Notes: a model not told the origin generated them from the letters alone. 32,000 nt of DNA from Acholeplasma laidlawii PG-8A (GCF_000018785.1 NC_010163.1:300001-332000), one strand, 5' to 3'. Shown: positions 7,936-17,549, counted from the first letter of the stretch. A program made the numbers and translations.

Positions 7936-9993
7936 ATGAAAGAATACAAAACCAAGAACCTCAGAAACATTGCGCTATTAGGGCATTTGGGTAGTGGTAA
8001 GACTTCACTAACTGAAAGCCTCTTAAATGTAACTGGCGTAACTAACGTAAAAGGTGAGGTGGAACGTAAAAACACCAAATCCGATTTTCTTGTGGAGGAA
8101 CAAACACGTATTGCCTCCATGCAAACATCTTTAATACCGATCGAAGCACATGACTGCAAACTTAACTTTCTAGACGTACCAGGTAATGATGAGCTCATTA
8201 GCGAATTATACCATGCCCTAGAAGTAGTTAAGGGTGCAGTCATTTTAATTGATGCGACCAAAGGGGTTGAAGTTGGCACGGAACGTGTTTGGAATGAAAT
8301 TAGACGTAGACGTATACCAGCAGTATTATTTATAAATAAAATGGATAAAGATAATATTGACTATGAAGCATTATTAGAAGATATACGTACGAAACTTGGT
8401 AAACGTGCCGTACCTTTTACATATCCTATAGGACGTAAAGAAGATTTTGAAGGCTTTGTAAATGTTGTTGAGATGAAGGCTCGTATCTATAACGGTAATA
8501 CTTGCGAAGATGCAGAAATTTGGGATGAAAAGAAACCTAAAGTGGAACAACTTCGTGAGATGATTATGGAATCAGTAGCTGAAACATCCGAAGAATTATT
8601 AGAAAAATACTTTGGTGGTGAAGAAATCACTAATGAAGAAATCACACATGCTTTAAATCACGCAATTATTAATGGTGAGTTAACACCAGTCTTAGTAGGT
8701 TCTGTACTAAAAAATATTGGTGTAAATACCTTACTTAAAATGTTAACTGACTTCTTACCTTCTCCTGATATGTTAAGAGAATTAGAAGCAACTAAAGTTG
8801 GAAGTGATGAAAAACTTCAAGTTAAAACATTGGATGAAGAACCATTTTCAGGATTTGTCTTTAAAACAATGATTGACCCATTTGTTGGAACCATTTCATT
8901 TATTAAATTAAATTCAGGTATCTTAAAAGTTGGGGATGAAGTATATCACGCACAAAGTGATTCAACCGTTAAGATTAATACCTTAATGACACTGATTGGT
9001 AAAGATCAAATACCAATGGATTTAGCACATGCGGGTGATATTGTAGTTACAACTAAATTAGATGCATTAAAGACTGGTCATACAATCACAGATACTAAAC
9101 GCAAAATTGTATATGATACAGTGAAACTTCCTACACCAGTTATCTATCAGGCAATTGAACCAGATAATGAAAAAGATGAAGACAAGATTTCAATGGCTTT
9201 AACAAAACTAAATATTGAAGATCCTTCATTTGATATCCAAAGAAATAAAGAAACTGGTCAATTACTCATTGGTGGTTATGGTATTAGTCATATTAAATAC
9301 ATTACAGACCGTATGAAGAATCTATATAAGGTCAGTGTTTCATTCGAAGACCAAAAGATAGTATATAGAGAAACGATTAAGAAAAAAGGTGTTGGCGAAG
9401 GTAAACATAAGAAACAATCCGGTGGTGCAGGTCAATTTGGTCATGTTTGGATACGTTTTGAACCAACAGATAAGCTTTTCGAGTTTTCTGAAGAAGTATT
9501 TGGGGGTGCAGTACCTAGATCATACTTCCCAGCCGTTGAAAAAGGATTAATTCGTGCTTTTGAAAAAGGTCCTTTGGCAGGGTTCCCTGTAATTCATGTG
9601 AAAGCAACCCTTTATGATGGAAGTTATCACTCAGTAGATAGTAATGAAATATCGTTTGTTATGGCAGCTGATCTCGCATTTAAAGCGGCATTACCTGAAA
9701 TTCAACCAACGATATTAGAGCCAATTTTACACCTAACAATCACTGTTAAAGAATCTTATGTTGGTGATGTTATGGGGGATATGAATAAACGTCGTGGTCG
9801 TATACTAGGTATGGATCAAGCAGATGGTTACACGGTAATTAATGCATATGTTCCAGAAGCAGAAGTCACTACTTACGCCATAGATTTAAAAGCAATGACT
9901 CAAGGTTCAGGACAGTTTGAAAGACGTTTTGATCGTTACGAAGAAGTACCACAACAATTCCAATCCAAGATTATTGAACAATATAAAAAGTAA
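7936..9993 (+). CDS. Elongation factor G-like GTPase (divergent EF-G paralog)
   Basis: 685 aa with full EF-G architecture (GHLGSGKTS P-loop, NKMD G4, domain IV HSVDSNEISFVMAADLAFK, MGDMNKRRGRILGM). Switch regions diverge from canonical EF-G. Confidence 0.9.
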   Translation: MKEYKTKNLRNIALLGHLGSGKTSLTESLLNVTGVTNVKGEVERKNTKSDFLVEEQTRIASMQTSLIPIEAHDCKLNFLDVPGNDELISELYHALEVVKGAVILIDATKGVEVGTERVWNEIRRRRIPAVLFINKMDKDNIDYEALLEDIRTKLGKRAVPFTYPIGRKEDFEGFVNVVEMKARIYNGNTCEDAEIWDEKKPKVEQLREMIMESVAETSEELLEKYFGGEEITNEEITHALNHAIINGELTPVLVGSVLKNIGVNTLLKMLTDFLPSPDMLRELEATKVGSDEKLQVKTLDEEPFSGFVFKTMIDPFVGTISFIKLNSGILKVGDEVYHAQSDSTVKINTLMTLIGKDQIPMDLAHAGDIVVTTKLDALKTGHTITDTKRKIVYDTVKLPTPVIYQAIEPDNEKDEDKISMALTKLNIEDPSFDIQRNKETGQLLIGGYGISHIKYITDRMKNLYKVSVSFEDQKIVYRETIKKKGVGEGKHKKQSGGAGQFGHVWIRFEPTDKLFEFSEEVFGGAVPRSYFPAVEKGLIRAFEKGPLAGFPVIHVKATLYDGSYHSVDSNEISFVMAADLAFKAALPEIQPTILEPILHLTITVKESYVGDVMGDMNKRRGRILGMDQADGYTVINAYVPEAEVTTYAIDLKAMTQGSGQFERRFDRYEEVPQQFQSKIIEQYKK

Positions 9994-10035
9994 AAACATA
10001 TCATTTTAACTACTATAGTATGGAGGAATTAGTCC

Positions 10036-10410
10036 ATGCAGTGTAAAATATGTAGAAATGATATAAAGGTTCAAAGAACTTTTAGAAATTTACTTAAATT
10101 TGAATTACCTGGTGTATGTATTCATTGTTTTAAACAACAGATGAATTACTTTCCGTACTTTGTCATACCAATTCAAAATGGCTTATTGCATATATTTGAA
10201 TTACTTATAACTGATACAAAGCACCCAAATGATTATATTAATTACTTTAGACCATACTACCGTGCATACTTGAATTTAAATATGACGGTAGATGCGGTCT
10301 ACATAGAAACACTTACATTAAATATCATAGAATTATTCGATCACATGGAATTAGGACATCTCATTATTTTTACAAACAACTTTAAGGAGGATAAAGGTTA
10401 TGAGATATGA
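10036..10410 (+). CDS. Zinc-finger protein resembling the N-terminus of ComFC; C-terminus unrecognised
   Basis: MQCKICRNDI...LPGVCIHC (CxxC...CxxC) N-terminal pattern, RBS GGAGG, immediately upstream of hpf. No phosphoribosyltransferase signature. Confidence 0.55.
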   Translation: MQCKICRNDIKVQRTFRNLLKFELPGVCIHCFKQQMNYFPYFVIPIQNGLLHIFELLITDTKHPNDYINYFRPYYRAYLNLNMTVDAVYIETLTLNIIELFDHMELGHLIIFTNNFKEDKGYEI

Positions 10411-10957
10411 GATCATAGGTAAAAATGGATTCGTTGCTACTGACGCTATTAAAGCGTATGTAGTTAAGAAATTGGACAAAATTGTCAATATGTTTGATGT
10501 TAGAGTGATAGACACAGTGCGTGTAGTATTACGCGTCTATAAAGAGTACTCTAAAGTTGAAGTTACAATCCCTGCACCATATATTATTTTAAGAAGTGAA
10601 GTTAGAGATCCTGATATGTATGCAGCTATTGACAAGAGTGTAGATAAATTAACTGCACAAATTAGAAGACATAAATCTAAAATTAGACATCATTTTGAAA
10701 AACGTGGTCAAGAGGTGTTTTCTACAGAATTTAGTCTAGAAGCAATGGACAAAGAAGTTAAAGCACGTCAATTAGTCAAATCAAAGAAGTTTTCAATTAA
10801 ACCAATGAGTGTTGAAGATGCGATTGCACAAATGGAATTAAGTGGACATGATTTCTTTATTTTCTTAGATGAAAAAACCAATAATCCTCAAATCGTTTAT
10901 GCTAGAGAAGATGGCGACTATGCAGTCATAGAAGCTACACCTGAAGTATATAAGTAA
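10400..10957 (+). CDS. hpf: Ribosome hibernation promoting factor (long form)
   Basis: MRYEIIGKNGFVATDAIKAYVVKKLDKI N-terminal domain plus C-terminal KFSIKPMSVEDAIAQMELSGHDFFIFLD dimerisation domain. Confidence 0.95.
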   Translation: MRYEIIGKNGFVATDAIKAYVVKKLDKIVNMFDVRVIDTVRVVLRVYKEYSKVEVTIPAPYIILRSEVRDPDMYAAIDKSVDKLTAQIRRHKSKIRHHFEKRGQEVFSTEFSLEAMDKEVKARQLVKSKKFSIKPMSVEDAIAQMELSGHDFFIFLDEKTNNPQIVYAREDGDYAVIEATPEVYK

Positions 10958-10975
10958 ATTACGTGAATCAATTAG

Positions 10976-11003
10976 GGGTTAGCATCTGCTAACCCCTTTT
11001 TGT
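10976..11003 (+). terminator. Intrinsic terminator after hpf
   Basis: ggggttagca-tc-tgctaacccc followed by a T-run. Confidence 0.85.
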
Positions 11004-11061
11004 TATAAAGTAAAATTATTATGCAAGTTATGATACAATGTAAACATGTGAAAGGATTTAC

Positions 11062-11337
11062 ATGGAAAGATTAAAATATGGTATAAAAAACTCTCGTATA
11101 TGGCATTTATGTAGTCAAGACATTGAAGTGAATAAATCAATGACACTGGATAACTGGACCAGATATAGAGCAGAATATAGAGAAATATATTATTTGAATG
11201 ATACAATCAAGTTCTTAGAGGTTGATCATTTTAACCATGTTTTTAAATTTTTTGATGCAAACATCAGAAAGCATAATATAGAAGACTTTAGACGTTATTT
11301 TAAGGACTTTCAAAAATATAAGGAAGTCTTTAAATAA
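11062..11337 (+). CDS. Small hypothetical protein (91 aa)
   Basis: Uninterrupted ATG-start ORF, AAGGA upstream of the start, hydrophilic and aromatic-rich composition. No recognised family. Confidence 0.5.
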   Translation: MERLKYGIKNSRIWHLCSQDIEVNKSMTLDNWTRYRAEYREIYYLNDTIKFLEVDHFNHVFKFFDANIRKHNIEDFRRYFKDFQKYKEVFK

Positions 11338-11542
11338 AAAAAAACCAAGAAAATAAATTTCTTGGGTAAGTAGTTTAAATATGGAAGGCGTAGCCTAAAA
11401 CTTGAAATACTAAACATAAATCAAATCCATAAAAATTATAAATCTTTGAAATGAATAAAACTTATAAATCGAATAAACATTTGATACTTAAAGGTATAAC
11501 GTTTTTAAGAACTTGTGATTCAAAAATACTGACTACGCCTTC
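11335..11542 (-). ncRNA. Candidate stand-alone structured small RNA (possibly 6S-like), about 200 nt
   Basis: Minus strand: promoter TTTACA-N17-TATAAT 7 nt upstream of a putative start at 11542. Ends close with a perfect 10-bp helix GAAGGCGTAG (11542-11533) / CTACGCCTTC (11393-11384). An inner helix ATCAAAT/ATTTGAT lies inside. A terminator CCAAGAAA...TTTCTTGG plus T-run closes it. No ORF of note. Confidence 0.6.
11345..11365 (-). terminator. Intrinsic terminator of the candidate ncRNA
   Basis: CCAAGAAA-N5-TTTCTTGG, then a long A-run on the plus strand (T-run on the minus transcript). Confidence 0.8.
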
Positions 11543-11548
11543 AACTGT

Positions 11549-11577
11549 ATTATATTACAAGTATATGCATTTGTAAA
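11549..11577 (-). promoter_or_regulatory. Strong sigma70-type promoter of the candidate ncRNA
   Basis: Minus strand TTTACA, exactly 17 nt, TATAAT. Confidence 0.75.
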
Positions 11578-11621
11578 GGAAAGCGCTAACATTTTAATAA
11601 AAATTATTTTATATAAACAAT

Positions 11622-11663
11622 AAAAAAAGATATCACATGTTGTAAAGTGATATCTTTTTGATT
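11622..11663 (-). terminator. Intrinsic terminator after sodA
   Basis: aaaaaagatatcac ... gtgatatcttttt inverted repeat with A and T runs. Confidence 0.75.
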
Positions 11664-11664
11664 T

Positions 11665-12276
11665 TTAAGCCTTATTGAACAATGCTTCAACAGCTTCCCA
11701 GTTCACAACATTGAAGAATGCTGCAACGTAGTCAGGACGTCTGTTTTGGTAATTTAGGTAATATGCATGTTCCCATACATCTAATCCTAATAATGGAGTA
11801 CCTTCAGCAAGTGGTGTATCTTGGTTTGGTGTAGAAGTAACTACTAACTTATCACCTTTTTTGATCAACCAAGCCCAACCAGAACCGAATCTAGTTTTAG
11901 CAGCATTTGAGAATGCTTCTTGGAATGCTTCAAATGAACCGAATGATTGAGTGATTGCATCCATAAGTTTACCTGCAGGTTTTTTACCATCATTTTTCTT
12001 TAATAATGGCCAGAAGAATGCGTGGTTGTAATGTCCACCACCATTGTTTCTAACTGCACCTTGAATATCAACAGGTACTTTGTTTAAATCTGCAAGTAAT
12101 ACAATTAAATCATCCATTGTGTGAACATGTAATTCTGGATGTTTTTCTAATGCAGCATTCAAGTTTGTAATATAAGCTTGATGATGCTTTCCGTGGTGAA
12201 TCTCCATAGTTTTTGCATCGATAAATGGTTCTAGTGCATCGTATGCATATGGTAATTTGTCTAATGTAAATGCCAT
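11665..12276 (-). CDS. sodA: Superoxide dismutase, Mn/Fe family
   Basis: [65 protein letters not shown]. Confidence 0.97.
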   Translation of the reverse strand: MAFTLDKLPYAYDALEPFIDAKTMEIHHGKHHQAYITNLNAALEKHPELHVHTMDDLIVLLADLNKVPVDIQGAVRNNGGGHYNHAFFWPLLKKNDGKKPAGKLMDAITQSFGSFEAFQEAFSNAAKTRFGSGWAWLIKKGDKLVVTSTPNQDTPLAEGTPLLGLDVWEHAYYLNYQNRRPDYVAAFFNVVNWEAVEALFNKA

Positions 12277-12343
12277 AAAATGTAACGCCTCCTAATTTAT
12301 TTTACAAATATATCTTACTCTATATAGTGTGATTTATCAACTT

Positions 12344-13888
12344 TTAAGCATTCTGTAAAAGATTGTCGACAATTGTTTGATCAATATCAATATAGATTGT
12401 TTTTTCATTTTTAATCTTTACAAAAGATGCAGGTTTACCACCAATTTTACTTACAAATCTAAATAGTGTGTAGTTTACTGGTATCGAACTAGAAGCCTTT
12501 TGAGATGAGAAGTAGGCTGCTAGCATTGCAGATGTTCTCAGCACTTTTTCAGTAAGATCAGGCGTTCTTACAAGTATATGAGATCCTGGAGCATCTTTTA
12601 CGTGAAACCAATAGTCATTTGCAAGTCCTATTTGATTCACTAAGTGTGCATTTTGATGTGCGTTTTTACCAATAAAGTAAGTAGTATCATCAACTTTTAA
12701 GGTTAAAACTTTTACTTTATGTCTTGTAGGTTTATTCTTTTTATTTTTTTGTTTCATAAACCCATATGGGTCTAGAATCTCTTTGAAATCAGATAACGAT
12801 TCATTATCTGTAAGTTCTAGTTCTACAAGATAATTTTCAAATATTTCTATCTCACTTAATACTTTATGCAATTCTGGTTCTAGATAATCAATGGCACGTT
12901 TACCTTTTTGGTAGTTGTTATAAAATTTTTGTGCATTTGAAGTTAGACTAATTTGATCATCTAAGACAATATCCCCAATAAATGGTAGTTTGTCTCTTAA
13001 GTTATGACCACTAGCATAAATCAAATCACCTTTTGCTTTATCTTCAAGCATTTGATGTGCTTGGTCAAGTTGTTTGGTTAATTGTATATGTTTCTTTTCT
13101 AATTTTTTCAATTGATTTGAGATAAAACTTCTATAAACAGATTTTTCATCCTTTTGTAGCATCACTCTAGAATCTAATGCTTCACTTAATGTATTAAATG
13201 ATTTAGTATTTGATCCAAACAAATTAAAAAAGTATGATTTATTATCATCGATAGATAAAGTAGGTTTAACTTCAATTTCAAAAGGATGTTTACCTGTTAA
13301 TTGTAAATAATTAGCTAAACGTAGTGATATACCTAAATATTTGTTTGTAATATCTTTAGGTGTAGCTAAAGGATCAAAGACATAATCTTTAGCATCTAGT
13401 TTATCACTTAAGAAGTAGCCAAAAGTTGCATTTGGAATTAAATGTCTACCCTCTAGAACAAACATTTTCTTATATAGATCAATAATTTTTCCTTGTTCAA
13501 TTAAATATAAATTTGCGTGTCTACCCATCGCTTCAAAAATCAGTTTACGCTCAACTGGACCATATATAAAATCATACACGGTAAAGTTAAATTCAATCAC
13601 TCTATCTGACTGGTATTGAGTGATGTTTTTTAATATGCCACCTTCTAGGTATTTCTTGAGTTGATTCAAAAAATTAGAAGTATCTTTTTTTGAAGGTGGT
13701 TGTGTAGTTAAATAAGTACTTGTAAAACTTGCATTCAAGTTAATCACTAAATGATGTCTTTGTTTTTGAGCATAAAGACTAAAAACAAACATTAAACCGT
13801 TTAACCAAACGGATTCTACACGTGTATTTTCTACAGATTGATTCAGTTCTTTGATTAAATAATGTGTGTAAATACCATCTAAAGCCAT
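12344..13888 (-). CDS. rqcH: NFACT-family protein RqcH (Rqc2 homolog)
   Basis: MALDGIYTHYLIKEL N-terminus, ENYLVELELTDNESLSDFKEILDPYGFMK, C-terminal NFACT-R domain IGKNAHQNAHLVNQIGLANDYWFHVKDAPGSHILVR. Confidence 0.93.
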   Translation of the reverse strand: MALDGIYTHYLIKELNQSVENTRVESVWLNGLMFVFSLYAQKQRHHLVINLNASFTSTYLTTQPPSKKDTSNFLNQLKKYLEGGILKNITQYQSDRVIEFNFTVYDFIYGPVERKLIFEAMGRHANLYLIEQGKIIDLYKKMFVLEGRHLIPNATFGYFLSDKLDAKDYVFDPLATPKDITNKYLGISLRLANYLQLTGKHPFEIEVKPTLSIDDNKSYFFNLFGSNTKSFNTLSEALDSRVMLQKDEKSVYRSFISNQLKKLEKKHIQLTKQLDQAHQMLEDKAKGDLIYASGHNLRDKLPFIGDIVLDDQISLTSNAQKFYNNYQKGKRAIDYLEPELHKVLSEIEIFENYLVELELTDNESLSDFKEILDPYGFMKQKNKKNKPTRHKVKVLTLKVDDTTYFIGKNAHQNAHLVNQIGLANDYWFHVKDAPGSHILVRTPDLTEKVLRTSAMLAAYFSSQKASSSIPVNYTLFRFVSKIGGKPASFVKIKNEKTIYIDIDQTIVDNLLQNA

Positions 13889-13991
13889 AATTTCTTACCT
13901 CAATAATACTATATCATGAAAATGTCTGAAACTATTTACATAAACCAAACTTTCGTATATAATAAATTAAACGAAGAGTTAGGAGAGTCAC

Positions 13992-14609
13992 ATGAAACTA
14001 AATGATCGTGGATTACTCATCGTCATATCCGGACCATCTGGAGTTGGAAAAGGTACAGTGCGTAAAGCGCTTTTTGACATGAAGAACCATAACCTAGAAT
14101 ATTCTGTATCAGTTACAACAAGAGCACCTAGAGTCGGCGAAGTTGATGGCAAAGACTATTATTTTGTAAATCGTGCAGCCTTCGAAGAAATGATTCGCCA
14201 AGACAGATTTTTAGAGTATGCAGAGTTTGTGGGTAGCTATTATGGCACACCAAAAGACAAAGTTGAAGAAATGCTTGATAAAGGTAAAGAAGTTGTATTA
14301 GAAATTGAAGTGGATGGTGCACTTCAAGTACGTGAACGTATGAAAGATGCTGTCTTTATATTTTTAGTGCCACCAAGCAAAAAAGCCTTATATGAGCGTT
14401 TAAGCAGACGTGGAACGGATACACCTGAAATTGTAAATAAGAGATTTCAAAAAGCTGAAAGTGAATTTAAATTAGCATATAAATATGATTATATCGTAGT
14501 AAATGATGATGTAAATAATGCTGCAGATCGTATTATGGCGATCATTCGTGCAGAACATGCACGTACTCAAAGAACTATTCAAAAATATCAACAGTTAATG
14601 GAGGAATAA
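13992..14609 (+). CDS. gmk: Guanylate kinase
   Basis: LLIVISGPSGVGKGTVRKAL, SVTTRAPRVGEVDGKDYYFV, EFAEFVGSYYGTP, LEIEVDGALQVR. Confidence 0.97.
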   Translation: MKLNDRGLLIVISGPSGVGKGTVRKALFDMKNHNLEYSVSVTTRAPRVGEVDGKDYYFVNRAAFEEMIRQDRFLEYAEFVGSYYGTPKDKVEEMLDKGKEVVLEIEVDGALQVRERMKDAVFIFLVPPSKKALYERLSRRGTDTPEIVNKRFQKAESEFKLAYKYDYIVVNDDVNNAADRIMAIIRAEHARTQRTIQKYQQLMEE

Positions 14610-14610
14610 C

Positions 14611-14826
14611 ATGAAAAAAAGAAAACATGGTTTAAACTACCCAACAATTGACGTACTATTAGAAAAGATTGATTCTAAGTATAAATTAGTATATGCAGCG
14701 AGTAAAGTTGCTCATATCATTGAAAGAGAAAATTTGGATGTTAAAGATTCCAAATCAGTCACAAGTGTAGGCAAAGCGTTAGAAGAAATTGCAAATGGTA
14801 AAGTAACTGTTACGTTCATTGACTAA
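14611..14826 (+). CDS. rpoZ: DNA-directed RNA polymerase omega subunit
   Basis: PTIDVLLEKIDSKYKLVYAASKVAHII ... KSVTSVGKALEEIANGKV, directly after gmk. Confidence 0.88.
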   Translation: MKKRKHGLNYPTIDVLLEKIDSKYKLVYAASKVAHIIERENLDVKDSKSVTSVGKALEEIANGKVTVTFID

Positions 14827-14931
14827 TGAACATAACAGTTTTTTTATTAAAATATGTTAAAAGATTATAGAATGTTCATGATTTATCAATAAGTGTACAC
14901 AATTTTAGTATAATATAAACAAGGTGATTTT

Positions 14932-16665
14932 TTGAAAGAAAAACTATCAATATTACCAACTGAACCAGGCTGTTACATGATGCTTGATCAATCAGGAGAA
15001 GTCATTTATGTTGGTAAAGCTAAAAATTTAAAAAATAGAGTAAGTTCATACTTTAGAGGCGCACACAATGCTAAAACAGAGAAACTAATTTCAGAGATTA
15101 GTGATTTTAACTATATCGTCACAAACTCTGAACAAGAATCTCTTATTTTAGAATACAATTTAATCAAAAAATATGCACCACTTTATAATATTCGCTTAAT
15201 TGATGATAAAAGTTACCCGTATCTTGAAATCACAAACGAAAAAGATCCAATGCTTGTCGTATCAAGATATATTGAAGTTGATAAGACTAAAACTTTATTT
15301 GGACCTTATCCGAACTCAAAATCAGCAAGAGAAACACTAAAACTACTACAACGCCTATATCCATTAAGACGCTGTAATCCAGTAGATAGTAAACCGTGTT
15401 TATATTATCATATGGGTTTATGTTTAGGTCCTTGTGCACATGAAAAGGTAGACTATAAACCAAATATTGAACGTATTACTAGGTTTTTAAAGGGTGACAC
15501 TAAAGAAGTTTTAAATGAACTTGAAGAACGCATGAAACAAGCATCAGAAGATTTAGAGTTTGAACGCGCAGTAGAATACCGTGATATGATTTTAGCTGTA
15601 AAAGATACAACTGAAAAACAGATCATGACGCTAAATGATTATAAAGATAGAGACTTTATAAGTTTTGCATATAACGAAGATGATATGGCTATCCAAATAT
15701 TGATGATGCGTCAAGGACGTATATTAGATACACATAAAAATGTGATATCTTATATGACTGATCCTTATGAAACGTTTTTAACTTATATTAAAAACTATTA
15801 TGATAAGTTTTTATTACCTGATGAATTGGTGTTTGATCAACAAATCCCTTTTAAAGAACTACAAATGTACTTTAAAAATAAAGTTGTTGTACCTAAAATA
15901 GGAGATAAGAAAAAACTGGTTGATTTAGCACATAAGAATGCATTAGAAGATTTAACGCATTACTATAAACTATACCGAGCAAAAGAAGAAAAATTAGGTG
16001 AACAAATAGAAGCGTTAGAACAAATATTTGATAAAAAAATATCATATATTGAAGTGTTTGATAATGCTCACCTATTTGGAACTGCACCTATTTCTGGTAT
16101 GATAGTTTGGAAAGATTATCATTTTGAACGCAAGATGTATCGTAAGTTTCACTTAAAAACTACAACCAATGATGACTACCAAGCCATGAAGGAAGTACTT
16201 TACCGCAGATATCAAAGACTTTTAGTTGAAAAACAAAAACTACCAGATTTAATTTGTGTGGATGGTGGTAAAGGACAGGTTTCTGCCGCTTATGAAGTGA
16301 TTCAATTATTTAATTTAGATATACCTATTTTAGGTTTGAAAAAAGATAAGTATCACATGCTAGAGGGCTATGTTATCCAAAATGAGGTCACTATTTTGGA
16401 TAAAAAATCACCACTCTATCAATTTTTAGGACAACTCTCAGAAGAAGTCCATAGATTTACAATCACTTTCCATCAAAAGACTAAAAATAGGAAAGACTAT
16501 ACATCGGTTTTAGATAACATACCTGGACTTGGTCCAACACGTAAGAAAAAATTACTCGCAAGTTTTAAATCTATTGATGACATTAAAAATGCATCGACGG
16601 AAGATTTAAGAAGTATTGGATTACCTGATAAGGTAATCAAAAGCATTAAGGAAGGTATTTCATGA
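14932..16665 (+). CDS. uvrC: Excinuclease ABC subunit C (TTG start)
   Basis: LPTEPGCYMMLDQSGEVIYVGKAKNLKNRVSSYF GIY-YIG domain, PDLICVDGGKGQVSAA, C-terminal HhH. Confidence 0.97.
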   Translation: MKEKLSILPTEPGCYMMLDQSGEVIYVGKAKNLKNRVSSYFRGAHNAKTEKLISEISDFNYIVTNSEQESLILEYNLIKKYAPLYNIRLIDDKSYPYLEITNEKDPMLVVSRYIEVDKTKTLFGPYPNSKSARETLKLLQRLYPLRRCNPVDSKPCLYYHMGLCLGPCAHEKVDYKPNIERITRFLKGDTKEVLNELEERMKQASEDLEFERAVEYRDMILAVKDTTEKQIMTLNDYKDRDFISFAYNEDDMAIQILMMRQGRILDTHKNVISYMTDPYETFLTYIKNYYDKFLLPDELVFDQQIPFKELQMYFKNKVVVPKIGDKKKLVDLAHKNALEDLTHYYKLYRAKEEKLGEQIEALEQIFDKKISYIEVFDNAHLFGTAPISGMIVWKDYHFERKMYRKFHLKTTTNDDYQAMKEVLYRRYQRLLVEKQKLPDLICVDGGKGQVSAAYEVIQLFNLDIPILGLKKDKYHMLEGYVIQNEVTILDKKSPLYQFLGQLSEEVHRFTITFHQKTKNRKDYTSVLDNIPGLGPTRKKKLLASFKSIDDIKNASTEDLRSIGLPDKVIKSIKEGIS

Positions 16666-17516
16666 GAACTTTTATACACAGTACAGATACAAAACAAAAA
16701 TTATTTTACGCGGTTGTAAATAATAAAAAGGAAACCTTTTATTTACCCAATCGATTAGCTAAAGTATTTTTAACCATTTTAAAAAAAGGTATATTAGTAG
16801 ATTTTGAAGTGACTAGTCCCGTCATCAAGTTAGTGGATAATCATAAGGTAAGTGTTTATCCAGTATCGCATTTTAACTTGATTATGCAATTAAAACCAAA
16901 CCGTGTATTGTATGATTTAAAACAATTAAGACTAGATATGAAGCGTGTATTAAAAAAATACCAATACTTTTTATTTTTAGATCTAGAAATGTCGATGCCA
17001 GGATATAAAAAAGGACCACATATCCCTGAAATTATTCAAGTTGGTTATGTATTAGCGGATAAGGCAGGTAACGTTATTAAAGATAATGGTTATTTTGTAA
17101 GAGCTGTCCAAGAAGACGCGATTAATAAAAGAACCATTAAGTTTCTTGATCTAGATGAAAATAAATATTATGGTAAAGCACTGGATTATGATTTATTCTA
17201 TATGGATTTAGAAAACTTAATTAAAACATATAAGCCACAAATTGTAACATGGGGTAAAAATGATGTGCAAGCCCTAAATATTAGTTATGATCTTCACAAG
17301 GTAAAACCACTAACAAGTGACAAGCAGTTTATTGACCTTTTAAAACTACATAAAGATTACTTTAACTTACCAAATGATATTGGACTATTCCAAGCTTATA
17401 AAAAATACTATAAGCCAGAAGAAGAACTCGTCCAAGACCATGATGCTAGATTAGACGCAATTATTACAAAAGATGTATTTGATGCATTTATGATTCTAAT
17501 GCAAACAAGTAATTAA
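16662..17516 (+). CDS. DEDD-type 3'-5' exonuclease domain protein (KapD-like)
   Basis: YFLFLDLEMSMPGYKKGPHIPEIIQVGYVLAD, TWGKNDVQAL, HDARLDAIITKDVF. Confidence 0.75.
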   Translation: MRTFIHSTDTKQKLFYAVVNNKKETFYLPNRLAKVFLTILKKGILVDFEVTSPVIKLVDNHKVSVYPVSHFNLIMQLKPNRVLYDLKQLRLDMKRVLKKYQYFLFLDLEMSMPGYKKGPHIPEIIQVGYVLADKAGNVIKDNGYFVRAVQEDAINKRTIKFLDLDENKYYGKALDYDLFYMDLENLIKTYKPQIVTWGKNDVQALNISYDLHKVKPLTSDKQFIDLLKLHKDYFNLPNDIGLFQAYKKYYKPEEELVQDHDARLDAIITKDVFDAFMILMQTSN

Positions 17517-17522
17517 GAAAAT

Positions 17523-17549
17523 AGAGTTCAAATATTAACTCTTTTTTTA
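17523..17549 (+). terminator. Intrinsic terminator after the exonuclease gene
   Basis: agagtt-N8-aactct followed by 7 T. Confidence 0.6.

Noticed and set aside
7860-8279. 139-aa minus-strand ORF antisense to the EF-G-like gene
   Set aside because: Shadow ORF: low-complexity, family-less translation opposite a conserved GTPase domain.
14128-14322. Minus-strand ORFs inside gmk, uvrC (15893..16087, 16497..16697), the C26 gene (24190..24405, 24712..24903), rimP (26227..26424), nusA (27176..27442) and infB (28302..28520), and other internal ORFs (1305..1502, 5683..5874, 7042..7284, 11003..11206, 18547..18861)
   Set aside because: All are short, mostly antisense to conserved genes, and show no recognisable motifs or ribosome-binding sites. 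I treated them as chance ORFs.
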